Assembly: GCA_002746215.1 (NCBI GenBank)
Contig: NVWI01000004.1
Span: 158,405 to 222,404, forward strand
DNA: 64,000 nt
Source: SAR86 cluster bacterium
Lineage (GTDB): Bacteria > Pseudomonadota > Gammaproteobacteria > Pseudomonadales > Pseudohongiellaceae
Reading direction: 5' to 3'
In this document: positions 1 through 9,261 of the stretch, in pieces
Layout: every line of letters starts with the position of its first letter
Numbering within the stretch: position 1 is the first letter of the stretch
Notes under the pieces: model-generated
Database searches by the model: none
What the model was told of the DNA's origin: nothing
What the model saw: the letters and a program-made list of their open reading frames with translations, nothing else
Position numbers and translations under genes: made by a program

Positions 1-309
1 GGCATTGCGCTAATGGCAATGCCTTTACTGAGCATGATACCTGGCGGCATTCGCTGGCTCCCTTTATTGATCTTACTCATGATCATCACCATCGCTATCA
101 GTAGCATTGTTCACCTGGTCACGTTGCCCGTGGAATTTGACGCCAGCTTTGGCCGCGCCTTACCAATTCTTAAACAGGGTCAATACATTAGTGATAGAGA
201 TATGCGCTCTGTTCGACATATACTACTTGCCTGTGCTTTTACTTACCTGGCCAGTTCTCTGGCTGGCTTATTAAATTTTTGGCGTTGGTTGCGTTTTTTG
301 CGTCGTTAA
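1..309 (+). CDS. C-terminal fragment of a membrane zinc metallopeptidase (YugP-type, Zn_peptidase_2-like). The 5' end lies outside the window.
   Basis: The frame is open from nt 1. It carries the motif LVTLPVEFDAS flanked by hydrophobic helices, as in YugP-type putative neutral zinc metallopeptidases. Confidence 0.55.
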   Translation, partial: GIALMAMPLLSMIPGGIRWLPLLILLMIITIAISSIVHLVTLPVEFDASFGRALPILKQGQYISDRDMRSVRHILLACAFTYLASSLAGLLNFWRWLRFLRR

Positions 310-327
310 ATCTAGGGAATAACTTGA

Positions 328-642
328 ATGAAACATTTATTTTTCAGCATGACCTTGCTCACTCTTTGTAGTTGTATTTGGGTAGACCTGAGTGAAGATG
401 GCAGTAATGTCCGAGTGCTTACACAAAACCAACTTGGTTCAAGTTGCGTGCAAACAGGCACAACGCATGTTGAGGTATTAAATAGAGTTATTTTAGAAAG
501 AGCCGCCAGCAATATTTTACTTGAGCTGCAAGCACTTGCCAGAAACCAGGCCGCAGAGCGTGGAGATGATACTGTTGTTGCAACAACGTCAGTCGTTGAT
601 GGGGAACAGGATTACGCGCTTTATCGCTGTATTCCAGAGTAA
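328..642 (+). CDS. Small putative lipoprotein of unknown function
   Basis: There is an N-terminal hydrophobic signal with a lipobox-like LTLCSC. The mature part is about 85 aa and contains conserved Cys residues. No family was recognised with certainty. Confidence 0.45.
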   Translation: MKHLFFSMTLLTLCSCIWVDLSEDGSNVRVLTQNQLGSSCVQTGTTHVEVLNRVILERAASNILLELQALARNQAAERGDDTVVATTSVVDGEQDYALYRCIPE

Positions 643-646
643 AATT

Positions 647-1408
647 TTATTGCTCTACCAATTTATGAGAAACTAAATCTTTCAAAGTAACAATCTGGAA
701 ATCTTTTTCTTTCGTTACTTTTTGCAGAATACTTTCTCCCACTTTTTGATATTCTGCATTCATACCCATAACATGGGGGTGCCAGATAAACACCAGGAAC
801 CCATCTCTCTCACGGGCTTGTTCAAGCAAGTTCAGCCAGGATAATTCCACTTCTTTTGCGGGTATATTTTTTTGCAGCCACTGCCGCGCGTCTATGGTGG
901 CTTCTAAATAAGGGACATGCCAAAGCGACTCGGTAAGCGCCTGAATTTCCCCGCCATCTTCACCCTGATCATTCATACTTGAATCAATCGTATAGCCTAA
1001 ATCAGAAAGTAATTTGACTGTATGTTTAGTACGCTTACCTCCCGGCGCTCTGAAAGCTGTTGGCTTAACCCCAGATGCCTGGTGTAAAGCATCAGTTGAT
1101 CTGCCCATTAATTCAATTTCCTGCTCCAAACTCAGCTCTGACCAGGCTTCATGCTGCCAGCCGTGCATGCCAACGCTATGCCCCATATTTAACAAATCTT
1201 CAACAATGTCTGGATGCGCCTCACCATTCCAGCCTTCCAGAAAATGTGTAACTTTTACTCCGTACCTATCATAAAGATTCAGCATGGCAGGAAAGCCCTG
1301 CTCTAAAGCAGGTCGCTGACCGGGCGGTCTAGGTTTATCAATCACACCCCTGCCTAAATCAGCGGCATCTGAAAGATTGTCCATGGTGAAGCATATTGTT
1401 GCTGTCAT
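647..1408 (-). CDS. Polysaccharide deacetylase (NodB-homology) family protein
   Basis: Motifs HSVGMHGWQHE and FRAPGG are typical of the carbohydrate esterase 4 / NodB domain. The ORF is full length. Confidence 0.75.
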   Translation of the reverse strand: MTATICFTMDNLSDAADLGRGVIDKPRPPGQRPALEQGFPAMLNLYDRYGVKVTHFLEGWNGEAHPDIVEDLLNMGHSVGMHGWQHEAWSELSLEQEIELMGRSTDALHQASGVKPTAFRAPGGKRTKHTVKLLSDLGYTIDSSMNDQGEDGGEIQALTESLWHVPYLEATIDARQWLQKNIPAKEVELSWLNLLEQARERDGFLVFIWHPHVMGMNAEYQKVGESILQKVTKEKDFQIVTLKDLVSHKLVEQ

Positions 1409-1452
1409 AATTTTTTAATTTTATTTTTTAAATTTTTCTTTATACATCGCAT

Positions 1453-1574
1453 CTTAGCGTAATCAACGCAGCTAAGACGAGGCAAAGATAAAATTTAAAG
1501 AAGGAGCTTACTTAAGAGTAAGTGACTGATTAAAATTTTATTTTTAACGACGCATTAGCAAGCGCAATAGCTAA
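1453..1574. repeat. Intergenic structured repeat element, copy 1 of a tandem pair
   Basis: This 122-bp unit shares blocks with copy 2 and with 33334-33453: CGAGGCAA, GGAGCTTAC..AGTAAGTGAC, TTAACGA(C/A)G and AGC..GCGCA. Internal inverted arms can form a long hairpin. Confidence 0.8.
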
Positions 1575-1577
1575 ATA

Positions 1578-1698
1578 CTTAGTGTAATGAGCGAAGCTAA
1601 GACGAGGCAAGGAAATAATTTGGAGAAGGAGCTTACAAACTGTAAGTGACTGATTCAAATTATTCCCTTAACGACGTATTAGCAAGCGCAATAGCTAA
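1578..1698. repeat. Intergenic structured repeat element, copy 2. It overlaps the stop codon of the aldehyde dehydrogenase gene.
   Basis: This 121-bp unit is directly adjacent to copy 1. Its hairpin arms differ from copy 1 but remain complementary (GGAAATAATTTGG / CAAATTATTCC). It ends in ATAGCTAA, which contains the minus-strand TAG stop at 1695-1697. Confidence 0.8.
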
Positions 1699-3122
1699 GA
1701 AGGGTTATAGCCGAGAAGAGATTTGTATTCCAGAAATTCGCCGAAGGCCTCATCACCAAATTCCCGTCCATTACCCGATTGTTTATATCCCCCAAACGGC
1801 ACACTAATATCCAGCCCCGCATTATTAATACTGATATAGCCGGCACGAATTTTAGACGCTATATTTCGAGCATGTTCAATATCCTGGCTTTGTACATAAC
1901 CGCCCAAGCCATATTCAGTATCGTTAGCAATTTCTATTGCTTCTTCCTCTGTGTCATAACCAATAATACTTAACACTGGGCCAAAGATTTCTTCACGCGC
2001 GATTTTCATATCATTTTTCACATGGCTAAACACCGTTGGTTTTATAAAATAACCTTGTTCCAGGCCTTCCGGTTTGCCTTCTCCTCCAGTAACCAGAGTC
2101 GCGCCTTCTTCAACACCGCTTTTAATTAATCCTTGTATCTTTTCCCAAGCTTGATCAGAAATAACCGGCCCCATTCGACTGTCTTGTTTTGGATCTCCAG
2201 GCGTCCAGCTTTCTGCCACATCTTTAGCAATCGCACTCACCTGATCCATTAATTTATTTGGCACTAACATGCGCGTTGGCGCGCGGCAGGATTGCCCTGA
2301 ATTCATCATTACGCCGTTAATGCCGCCTGTTACAGCCGCTTCAAGATCGGCATCTTCCAAAACAATATTAGGGCTTTTACCCCCTAGCTCCTGATGCACA
2401 CGTTTCACCGTAGGGGCCGCGGCTTGTGCAACGGCAATACCAGCACGAGTTGAGCCAGTGATTGAAACCATATCAACTAATGGATGTTTGGCGATAGCTT
2501 GCCCGACTTCAGGGCCTTCACCCTGCACCAGGTTAAATACACCGGCTGGAACACCTGCAGCGTGAATAATATCGGCAAATATCTTGGCAGAAAATGGTGC
2601 AATTTCTGAGGGTTTAAGCACCACTGTACAACCCACAGCCAATGCTGGCCCTACCTTCGCGCAGATCTGATGAATCGGCCAGTTCCAGGGTGTAATAAAC
2701 CCACAGACGCCGATTGGTTCACGGCTAATATGACTACTACCGCGATCCGTTTCAAATTCAAAACGCTCTAAGACAGCAACAGTGGTTTGGAAATGCTTCA
2801 CGCCAACCGCTGCCTGTGTCCCCTCTGCTAGCCAGGTCGGCGCGCCCATTTCTTCGGTAATAGCTTCACCTAGCTCAGGCACTCGTTTTTCAAATTCTTC
2901 GACAATCCGATTCAGTACTTGTAAGCGTTCTTCTTTGCTGGTTTGCGACCAGGTTTTGAATGCCTCTGCTGCCGCTGCAACGGCTTTATCTACATCGGCT
3001 TCACTACCAACATTAATATGCCCAGCAACTTCTTCTGTCGCTGGATCGATAACATCCAGTAGACGCGGTGTTATCGGGTCAACCCATTCACCATTAATAT
3101 AGAACTGTAAATACTCTTTCAT
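1695..3122 (-). CDS. NAD(P)-dependent aldehyde dehydrogenase family protein
   Basis: The 475-aa ORF has the catalytic Cys context GQSCRAP, the glutamate motif ELGGKSP and GSTRAG, all classical ALDH superfamily signatures. Confidence 0.9.
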   Translation of the reverse strand: MKEYLQFYINGEWVDPITPRLLDVIDPATEEVAGHINVGSEADVDKAVAAAAEAFKTWSQTSKEERLQVLNRIVEEFEKRVPELGEAITEEMGAPTWLAEGTQAAVGVKHFQTTVAVLERFEFETDRGSSHISREPIGVCGFITPWNWPIHQICAKVGPALAVGCTVVLKPSEIAPFSAKIFADIIHAAGVPAGVFNLVQGEGPEVGQAIAKHPLVDMVSITGSTRAGIAVAQAAAPTVKRVHQELGGKSPNIVLEDADLEAAVTGGINGVMMNSGQSCRAPTRMLVPNKLMDQVSAIAKDVAESWTPGDPKQDSRMGPVISDQAWEKIQGLIKSGVEEGATLVTGGEGKPEGLEQGYFIKPTVFSHVKNDMKIAREEIFGPVLSIIGYDTEEEAIEIANDTEYGLGGYVQSQDIEHARNIASKIRAGYISINNAGLDISVPFGGYKQSGNGREFGDEAFGEFLEYKSLLGYNPS

Positions 3123-3300
3123 GCCGATTTCCTGCTTTGTTTAAAGTTTGCTTATAAATACTTTTTAAGGCTGCCGAGTATAACGTAAGAAACAAAGTTG
3201 AAATACTTAAAAGAGGTATGAGGTATAATCCCCGCCCTATAAACAGATTACGTACAGAAAACACAATCAAAAATACATTCACAGCAGGACCATTACCTTA

Positions 3301-5172
3301 ATGCTTTTATTTCGTTTAACTGATATTCATCTTGCCTATGGGCCGCAGGTTTTACTTGAGAAAGTTTCACTATCCATACAAAGTGGCGAGCGCATCGGTT
3401 TGCTTGGCCGCAACGGCGCGGGCAAATCAACATTTTTAAAACTCCTCAGCCAACAATTTAAACCTGACGCCGGAGAACTTTGGCAACAACAAGGCATAAA
3501 AGTAGCTTTCCTGAACCAGGAACTCCCGACTGCCGATAATCGAAGTGTCTATGATTATATACTGGAAGGTCTGGCTGATGATGGCAAATTAATCCAACGC
3601 TACCATCAGTTTCTACAGGATGATGCCAACAATCAAAACATGGATAAACTTGCAGACTTACAAAAACAAATAGAAACAGCTGGGGCGTGGAATTTACAAC
3701 AAAAGGTCGATAGTGCACTCAGCAAATTAGGCGTTTCAGGCGAGACTTTAATGAACACCTTATCTGGCGGCTGGTTACGTCGAGTTTCTTTAGCAAAAAC
3801 TTTTATTAATGAGCCCGACGTACTGCTCTTGGATGAACCCACTAATCATCTGGATATTCCAACTATTGAGTATCTAGAGAAACAATTAAATCAATTCTCC
3901 GGTGCCATTTTGCTTATTACGCATGACCGGGCATTTCTGCAAAAAATTGCGAATAAAATCATGATTCTTGATCGGGGCGAAATTAGCGCGTGGGAATGTG
4001 ATTACCAGAATTTCTTAGTGTTCCGAGAACAACAATTAGCCGCTGAAGAAAAATCACAGGCAGAATTTGATAAAAAACTGGCACAAGAAGAAGTCTGGAT
4101 TCGGCAGGGTATTAAAGCCAGACGCACACGCAATGAAGGACGAGTTAGAGCTCTAAAGACCTTACGGGAAGAGTTCAGCCAACGTAGACAATTACAGGGC
4201 AAAGCAAAAATCACGCTTAACCAAGCTGAGTCATCGGGTAAGCTGGTCATTGAAGCTGAACACATTGAGCACAGTTTTGGTGAGGAAAAAATCATCGCTG
4301 ATTTTTCCAGTAGAATCATGCGCGGCGATAAAATCGGCTTTATCGGCGCTAATGGTGCGGGCAAAACAACTTTGTTGAAAATTTTATTGGGCGAATTAAA
4401 ACCCAGCTCAGGCAAAGTAAAAATTGGCAGCAAACTGGAAATTGCTTATTTTGACCAATTGCGCCTACAACTCGACCCCGATCAAAATGTTTATGACACC
4501 ATCGCTGAAGGCAGTGATTATGTTGAGGTCAATGGCAAATCGATACACGTCATGTCTTACTTGAGAAACTTTCTATTTGCGCCGGATCGCGCCCGCCAAA
4601 AAGTTCGCTCTTTATCTGGCGGCGAACAAAACCGTTTGATCCTCGCCTGCCTTTTCAGCAAGCCGGCTAATCTTTTGGTACTGGACGAACCCACTAATGA
4701 TCTTGATATGGAAACACTAGAACTATTAGAGGACTTGTTGATTAATTTCAATGGCACAGTTTTACTCGTCAGCCATGACCGTGAATTCCTGAATAATGTC
4801 GTCACCAGCAGTATTGCGTTTGAAGGTGATGGGGAAATTAATCAATACGTCGGCGGCTATGAAGACTGGCTCCGACAAGGAGGCGGTTTTGATGTTAGTA
4901 CACCCAACAAAAATTTGGAGAAAAAAACCAAAGAAAACAACACAAAACCAGCCGTAAAACTGAGCTATAAGTTAAAACGTGAATTGGAACAGTTACCAAT
5001 ACAGATTGAAGAATGCGAACAAGACATTAAAAAACTTGAGCAACAAATAAGCCAGCCAGCATTTTATGAGCAAGATCATGAGCAATCCAGTGTAATTCTG
5101 GAGCAGCTTGCCTCAACCCAACAACGTTTAGAACAACATTTCGAACGCTGGACTGAAATTGAGGAAAGTTAA
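3301..5172 (+). CDS. uup: ABC-F family ATPase Uup
   Basis: It has two ABC cassettes (GRNGAGKST and GANGAGKTT Walker A, LSGG signatures), no TM domain, and a C-terminal coiled-coil tail typical of Uup. Confidence 0.8.
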   Translation: MLLFRLTDIHLAYGPQVLLEKVSLSIQSGERIGLLGRNGAGKSTFLKLLSQQFKPDAGELWQQQGIKVAFLNQELPTADNRSVYDYILEGLADDGKLIQRYHQFLQDDANNQNMDKLADLQKQIETAGAWNLQQKVDSALSKLGVSGETLMNTLSGGWLRRVSLAKTFINEPDVLLLDEPTNHLDIPTIEYLEKQLNQFSGAILLITHDRAFLQKIANKIMILDRGEISAWECDYQNFLVFREQQLAAEEKSQAEFDKKLAQEEVWIRQGIKARRTRNEGRVRALKTLREEFSQRRQLQGKAKITLNQAESSGKLVIEAEHIEHSFGEEKIIADFSSRIMRGDKIGFIGANGAGKTTLLKILLGELKPSSGKVKIGSKLEIAYFDQLRLQLDPDQNVYDTIAEGSDYVEVNGKSIHVMSYLRNFLFAPDRARQKVRSLSGGEQNRLILACLFSKPANLLVLDEPTNDLDMETLELLEDLLINFNGTVLLVSHDREFLNNVVTSSIAFEGDGEINQYVGGYEDWLRQGGGFDVSTPNKNLEKKTKENNTKPAVKLSYKLKRELEQLPIQIEECEQDIKKLEQQISQPAFYEQDHEQSSVILEQLASTQQRLEQHFERWTEIEES

Positions 5173-5196
5173 GAAGCTTAACTCTATTCAAGCACT

Positions 5197-5901
5197 ATGG
5201 ACATTACAGCCAAACAAGCATTAACCGCTCTGCAAGAAAAGTCTGATAAAAAAATTGCTGAGCATTCAGCAAGGTTTTTTAAAACAGCTGAAGGGGAATA
5301 TGGCGAGGACGATATTTTCCTGGGCATAAGAGTCCCAGTTATTCGTAGTTTCGTAAAACGCTGGTTAACAATGCCTCTTTTACAAAACGAAAAACTACTG
5401 CATTCTCCTTATCATGAAGCCAGGCTCGCAGCAGTAATTTTATTATCTGAAAAATTTAAAAGAGCCGATTCAAAAACACAAAAAGCCATCTACCAACTTT
5501 ATTTGAATAATACTGCTTATATTAATAACTGGGATATTGTCGATAGCTCCTCACATAAGATTATTGGCCCTTATTTATTTGAAAAAAGTCACCAGCCACT
5601 ATTCAAACTCGTTAAATCTGACCAACTTTGGGAAAGACGTATAGCTATCATTACAACTTACTACTTCATTAAACGTCAAAAATTTGAAACTGCTCTTGAG
5701 CTCATTAGCCAAACATTGACCGACAAAGAAGATTTAATTCACAAAGCTAGTGGTTGGATGTTACGGGAAATCGGCAATAAAGACCGCAGTACAGAAGAAT
5801 CATTTCTCAATGAGCACTACCAAGTTATGCCTCGAACCATGCTACGTTATGCTATAGAAAAGTTTCCGCTAAGCAGACGAAAGTACTATCTTAAAAAATA
5901 A
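5197..5901 (+). CDS. DNA alkylation repair protein (AlkD/AlkC-like HEAT-repeat glycosylase family)
   Basis: The 234-aa all-helical protein carries WDIVDSS, LWERRIAI and GWMLREIG blocks characteristic of the DNA_alkylation family. Confidence 0.7.
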   Translation: MDITAKQALTALQEKSDKKIAEHSARFFKTAEGEYGEDDIFLGIRVPVIRSFVKRWLTMPLLQNEKLLHSPYHEARLAAVILLSEKFKRADSKTQKAIYQLYLNNTAYINNWDIVDSSSHKIIGPYLFEKSHQPLFKLVKSDQLWERRIAIITTYYFIKRQKFETALELISQTLTDKEDLIHKASGWMLREIGNKDRSTEESFLNEHYQVMPRTMLRYAIEKFPLSRRKYYLKK

Positions 5902-6146
5902 GTCAATGTGGATATTTCTGAAGTAAAAAGCAGGTATTCAAAAAATATAAATTTTCCTGAACCCCTTAAGTAGTTCGCTTACTAAAACTCCCCTCACACG
6001 CTGATCGGTCCAAGTTGTATGGTTTTCACACTAAATCACTAGCATCAATGTAGATTCATAGCTTATTCTATTGTTAAGCGTTACAATGCGCGCCCCCTCA
6101 GATTAGCCCTATATCTAAGGCACTTTATTTTATTTAGGCACCTTCA

Positions 6147-7907
6147 ATGACAGAAACATCCGCGACAAAAACGCCCACTGTAGCGTTTGAGCAACTTGTA
6201 GCTAACCCATCACTCTTAAAAATCTTAAATGAGTTAGGTTATGAGCATCCTACCCCTATACAGGCTGAAACTATTCCACTTATAGCCGAAGGTCATGATG
6301 TGCTGGGTCAGGCACAAACCGGAACGGGAAAAACTGCGGCTTTTGCCTTACCGCTTTTATCCAAACTAGACCTCAAACAAAAAGAGCCTCAAGTGTTGGT
6401 CCTGGCACCTACTCGTGAACTGGCCATACAAGTAGCAGAAGCTTTCCAACACTATGCTACTTATATAAAAGGTTTTCATGTCTTACCTGTTTATGGTGGA
6501 CAGGATTATTCAGCACAAATCCGCGCTCTGCGGCGTGGTGTTCATGTCGTTGTCGGCACGCCTGGTCGAGTAATGGATCATATGCGTAAAGGCACTCTCC
6601 AACTGCATAAACTTTCTACACTGGTATTGGACGAAGCTGATGAAATGCTGCGCATGGGTTTTATAGATGACGTTGAATGGATACTTGAACAATGTCCAGA
6701 ACAACACCAGACGGCTTTGTTTTCCGCCACCATGCCGAAACAAATTCGGCACATAGCCGAAAAATATTTAAATAACCCCAAACAGATCACGATTAAAGTT
6801 AAAACAAGTACTGCCGAAACCATCCGTCAACGTTACTGGCCTGTCAGTGGCCTGCATAAGCTGGATGCGCTGACTCGTATTCTTGAAGCAGAAACTTTTG
6901 ATGGCGTGATAATTTTTGTAAGAACCAGAATAGCAACAGTCGAGCTTGCTGAAAAACTCTCAGCACGTGGTTACATTGCTGCGGCTTTAAACGGGGATAT
7001 TCCACAAAACCAACGTGAACGTACAATACAGAATCTTAAACGAGGGAAAATAGATATCCTGGTCGCAACCGATGTCGCTGCCCGCGGCCTGGATGTCGAA
7101 CGTATCAGTCATGTCATTAATTATGATGTTCCTTATGACACCGAAGCCTATGTTCATCGAATAGGCAGAACCGGACGAGCCGGGCGCGAAGGCGATGCTA
7201 TTTTATTTGTCGCTCCGCGCGAAAGAAGAATGCTGCAAGCCATAGAAAGAGCAACACGCAGCAAAATCGAACTCATGGAATTACCATCCACAGAGATCAT
7301 CAACAACAAACGCATTGCAAAATTTAAACAAGACATCAGCGACACACTCGCTAATGATGATGATTTACAATTCTACCGAGATATTCTTGAGCAGTATCAG
7401 TTTGAACATAATGTTCCGGCGTTGGATGTTGCAACTGCCCTGGCTAAACTATTGCGAGGCGATAAACCCTTACTATTAAAAAAAGAACAGAAAAAAGAAT
7501 CCTTTAGAAAACAAGACAAAGAATTTCGAGAACATAACAAACCTCGCTCTAAGAGACGCACCAATGACGAACGCTTCATGAAATCAATTGAACCAGGGAT
7601 GCAGCGCTACCGACTTGAAGTCGGGCATAACCATAAAGTCAAACCCGGAAATATAGTTGGCGCGATTGCCAATGAAGCAGACATTGAAAGCAAACACATT
7701 GGGCGTATTAATATTTTTGAAGAATACAGTGTGGTTGATTTACCTGAAGGCATGCCTAAAGAAATTTTGCAGCATTTAAAGAACACTTATGTCTCTGGAA
7801 GAAAAATAGAAATATCTGAATATAAACCGGAAAAAGATCAGGGAAAACCAGTTAAGAGCAATTCAAAAAGAAAACCCAGAAGAGAAACAACTAAAAAAGA
7901 AAGTTAA
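6147..7907 (+). CDS. deaD: DEAD-box ATP-dependent RNA helicase DeaD/CsdA
   Basis: Motifs found are AQTGTGKT, PTRELA, DEAD (LDEADEML), SAT, and HRIGRTGRAG. There is a basic C-terminal extension with a DbpA-like RNA-binding domain, and a long untranslated leader of about 245 bp upstream. Confidence 0.9.
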   Translation: MTETSATKTPTVAFEQLVANPSLLKILNELGYEHPTPIQAETIPLIAEGHDVLGQAQTGTGKTAAFALPLLSKLDLKQKEPQVLVLAPTRELAIQVAEAFQHYATYIKGFHVLPVYGGQDYSAQIRALRRGVHVVVGTPGRVMDHMRKGTLQLHKLSTLVLDEADEMLRMGFIDDVEWILEQCPEQHQTALFSATMPKQIRHIAEKYLNNPKQITIKVKTSTAETIRQRYWPVSGLHKLDALTRILEAETFDGVIIFVRTRIATVELAEKLSARGYIAAALNGDIPQNQRERTIQNLKRGKIDILVATDVAARGLDVERISHVINYDVPYDTEAYVHRIGRTGRAGREGDAILFVAPRERRMLQAIERATRSKIELMELPSTEIINNKRIAKFKQDISDTLANDDDLQFYRDILEQYQFEHNVPALDVATALAKLLRGDKPLLLKKEQKKESFRKQDKEFREHNKPRSKRRTNDERFMKSIEPGMQRYRLEVGHNHKVKPGNIVGAIANEADIESKHIGRINIFEEYSVVDLPEGMPKEILQHLKNTYVSGRKIEISEYKPEKDQGKPVKSNSKRKPRRETTKKES

Positions 7908-8206
7908 CAATAGCTTTCTAAAAAATATCTTACCTTTCTTCTAAAGTAGCCCATGGCCACTGGGTTAGCAGCTAGTTCAACCTCAAAATGACAGACACTT
8001 TCTTGATGAAAAGCGTGCTGCCATCATAAAACAGGGTTTTTATTTAAAATCCATCGTCTGACTTCATATGATAGTCAGACGCTACTTTGACAGTTCTGAC
8101 CATGCTATATGTATAGCACTCGAAGGAAATACTTGAAGCATTAAACCTCTATATCGTATAGTCAATACGATGTTTCCAATACTCCTCAATTATCTGATGA
8201 AATTTC

Positions 8207-9115
8207 ATGTCCTCTGAAAAAATTATCAGCACTGTCATGTTTGCTGACATTTCAGGCAGCTCCCCGCTTTATAAACAATTGGGCGACAACAAAGCTAATT
8301 TTCTTATACAAAAGCTGCTTTCTATGATGACAAATATTACTACCAAGCATCATGGCAAAGTCATCAAGACCATCGGCGATGAAGTTATGACTTGTTTTGA
8401 TAAAACTGACAGCGCTACGGAGGCTGCACGTGAAATGCAAGACTCATGCAGAAAATTTCAATCAAACATGGCACTTAAATTACGTATCGGTATCGATACG
8501 GGTGGCATTATTTGTGAACACAATGACCTCTTTGGAGAAACCGTAAATAATGCTGCCTACCTGACGGGAATTGCAAAAAGCGGGAAAATATTGCTCTCTA
8601 AAAATGCATTCAACTCCTTAAACCTTAAGGCTCAAAAATTATGTTATGAATATGACAATGTTGTTTTGAAAGGACACACGCTTAAAACAAAAATTTTCCG
8701 TATGCACTGGGAACAGAAAACAGATGAAAACTTTAACGATGCTACTGTGCATATGGGCATTCAGAGTTTTACCCGAGCAGCAAAATTAAATAGATTAGAG
8801 TTAACATATCAAAGCCAAAAATATATTCTAACAACTGATATGGAACCCTTTACTATTGGCAGAAATACTGGAATTTCTTCACTTTTTATAAGCAATTCAT
8901 TTGTATCCAGAGATCATTGCCAGATTATTTTCAGACGTGGGAAATTTATACTGTGCGATACAAGCACCAACGGTACTTACGTCACTCAAAATAATCAAAG
9001 AGAGATATATTTAAGGCGCGAAGAATTACCACTGACAGGTCAAGGTATAGTTTCTATCGGCCAATCAGTCCGGCGGGCTGGTGATGATGTGCTTGGATAT
9101 ACTTTAAAAGTATAA
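8207..9115 (+). CDS. Class III adenylate/guanylate cyclase domain fused to a C-terminal FHA domain
   Basis: The N-terminal half has cyclase motifs FADISGSS, KTIGDEVM, LRIGIDTGG and GETVNNAAY. The C-terminal part reads FTIGRN..VSRDHCQI..DTSTNGTYV, which is the FHA signature (G-R, S-R-x-H, N-G-T). Confidence 0.8.
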   Translation: MSSEKIISTVMFADISGSSPLYKQLGDNKANFLIQKLLSMMTNITTKHHGKVIKTIGDEVMTCFDKTDSATEAAREMQDSCRKFQSNMALKLRIGIDTGGIICEHNDLFGETVNNAAYLTGIAKSGKILLSKNAFNSLNLKAQKLCYEYDNVVLKGHTLKTKIFRMHWEQKTDENFNDATVHMGIQSFTRAAKLNRLELTYQSQKYILTTDMEPFTIGRNTGISSLFISNSFVSRDHCQIIFRRGKFILCDTSTNGTYVTQNNQREIYLRREELPLTGQGIVSIGQSVRRAGDDVLGYTLKV

Positions 9116-9261
9116 ACTGATAATCCGCACCCGATTAAACACAAGGTGTCAGAGTAACTTTATGCCGCAGCTCGTAGTAAACCTTATAAAAAAGTGAATA
9201 AAAATCACCATTGGCTGGATTGATGTCTACTCTTAGACTTAAAAAAAGAAGAGCCAGCACC

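Noticed and set aside
3094-3282. 62-aa ORF overlapping the aldehyde dehydrogenase start region
   Set aside because: It overlaps the 5' end of a strongly supported gene in another frame. It is hydrophobic and low-complexity with no homology signal, so it is treated as spurious.
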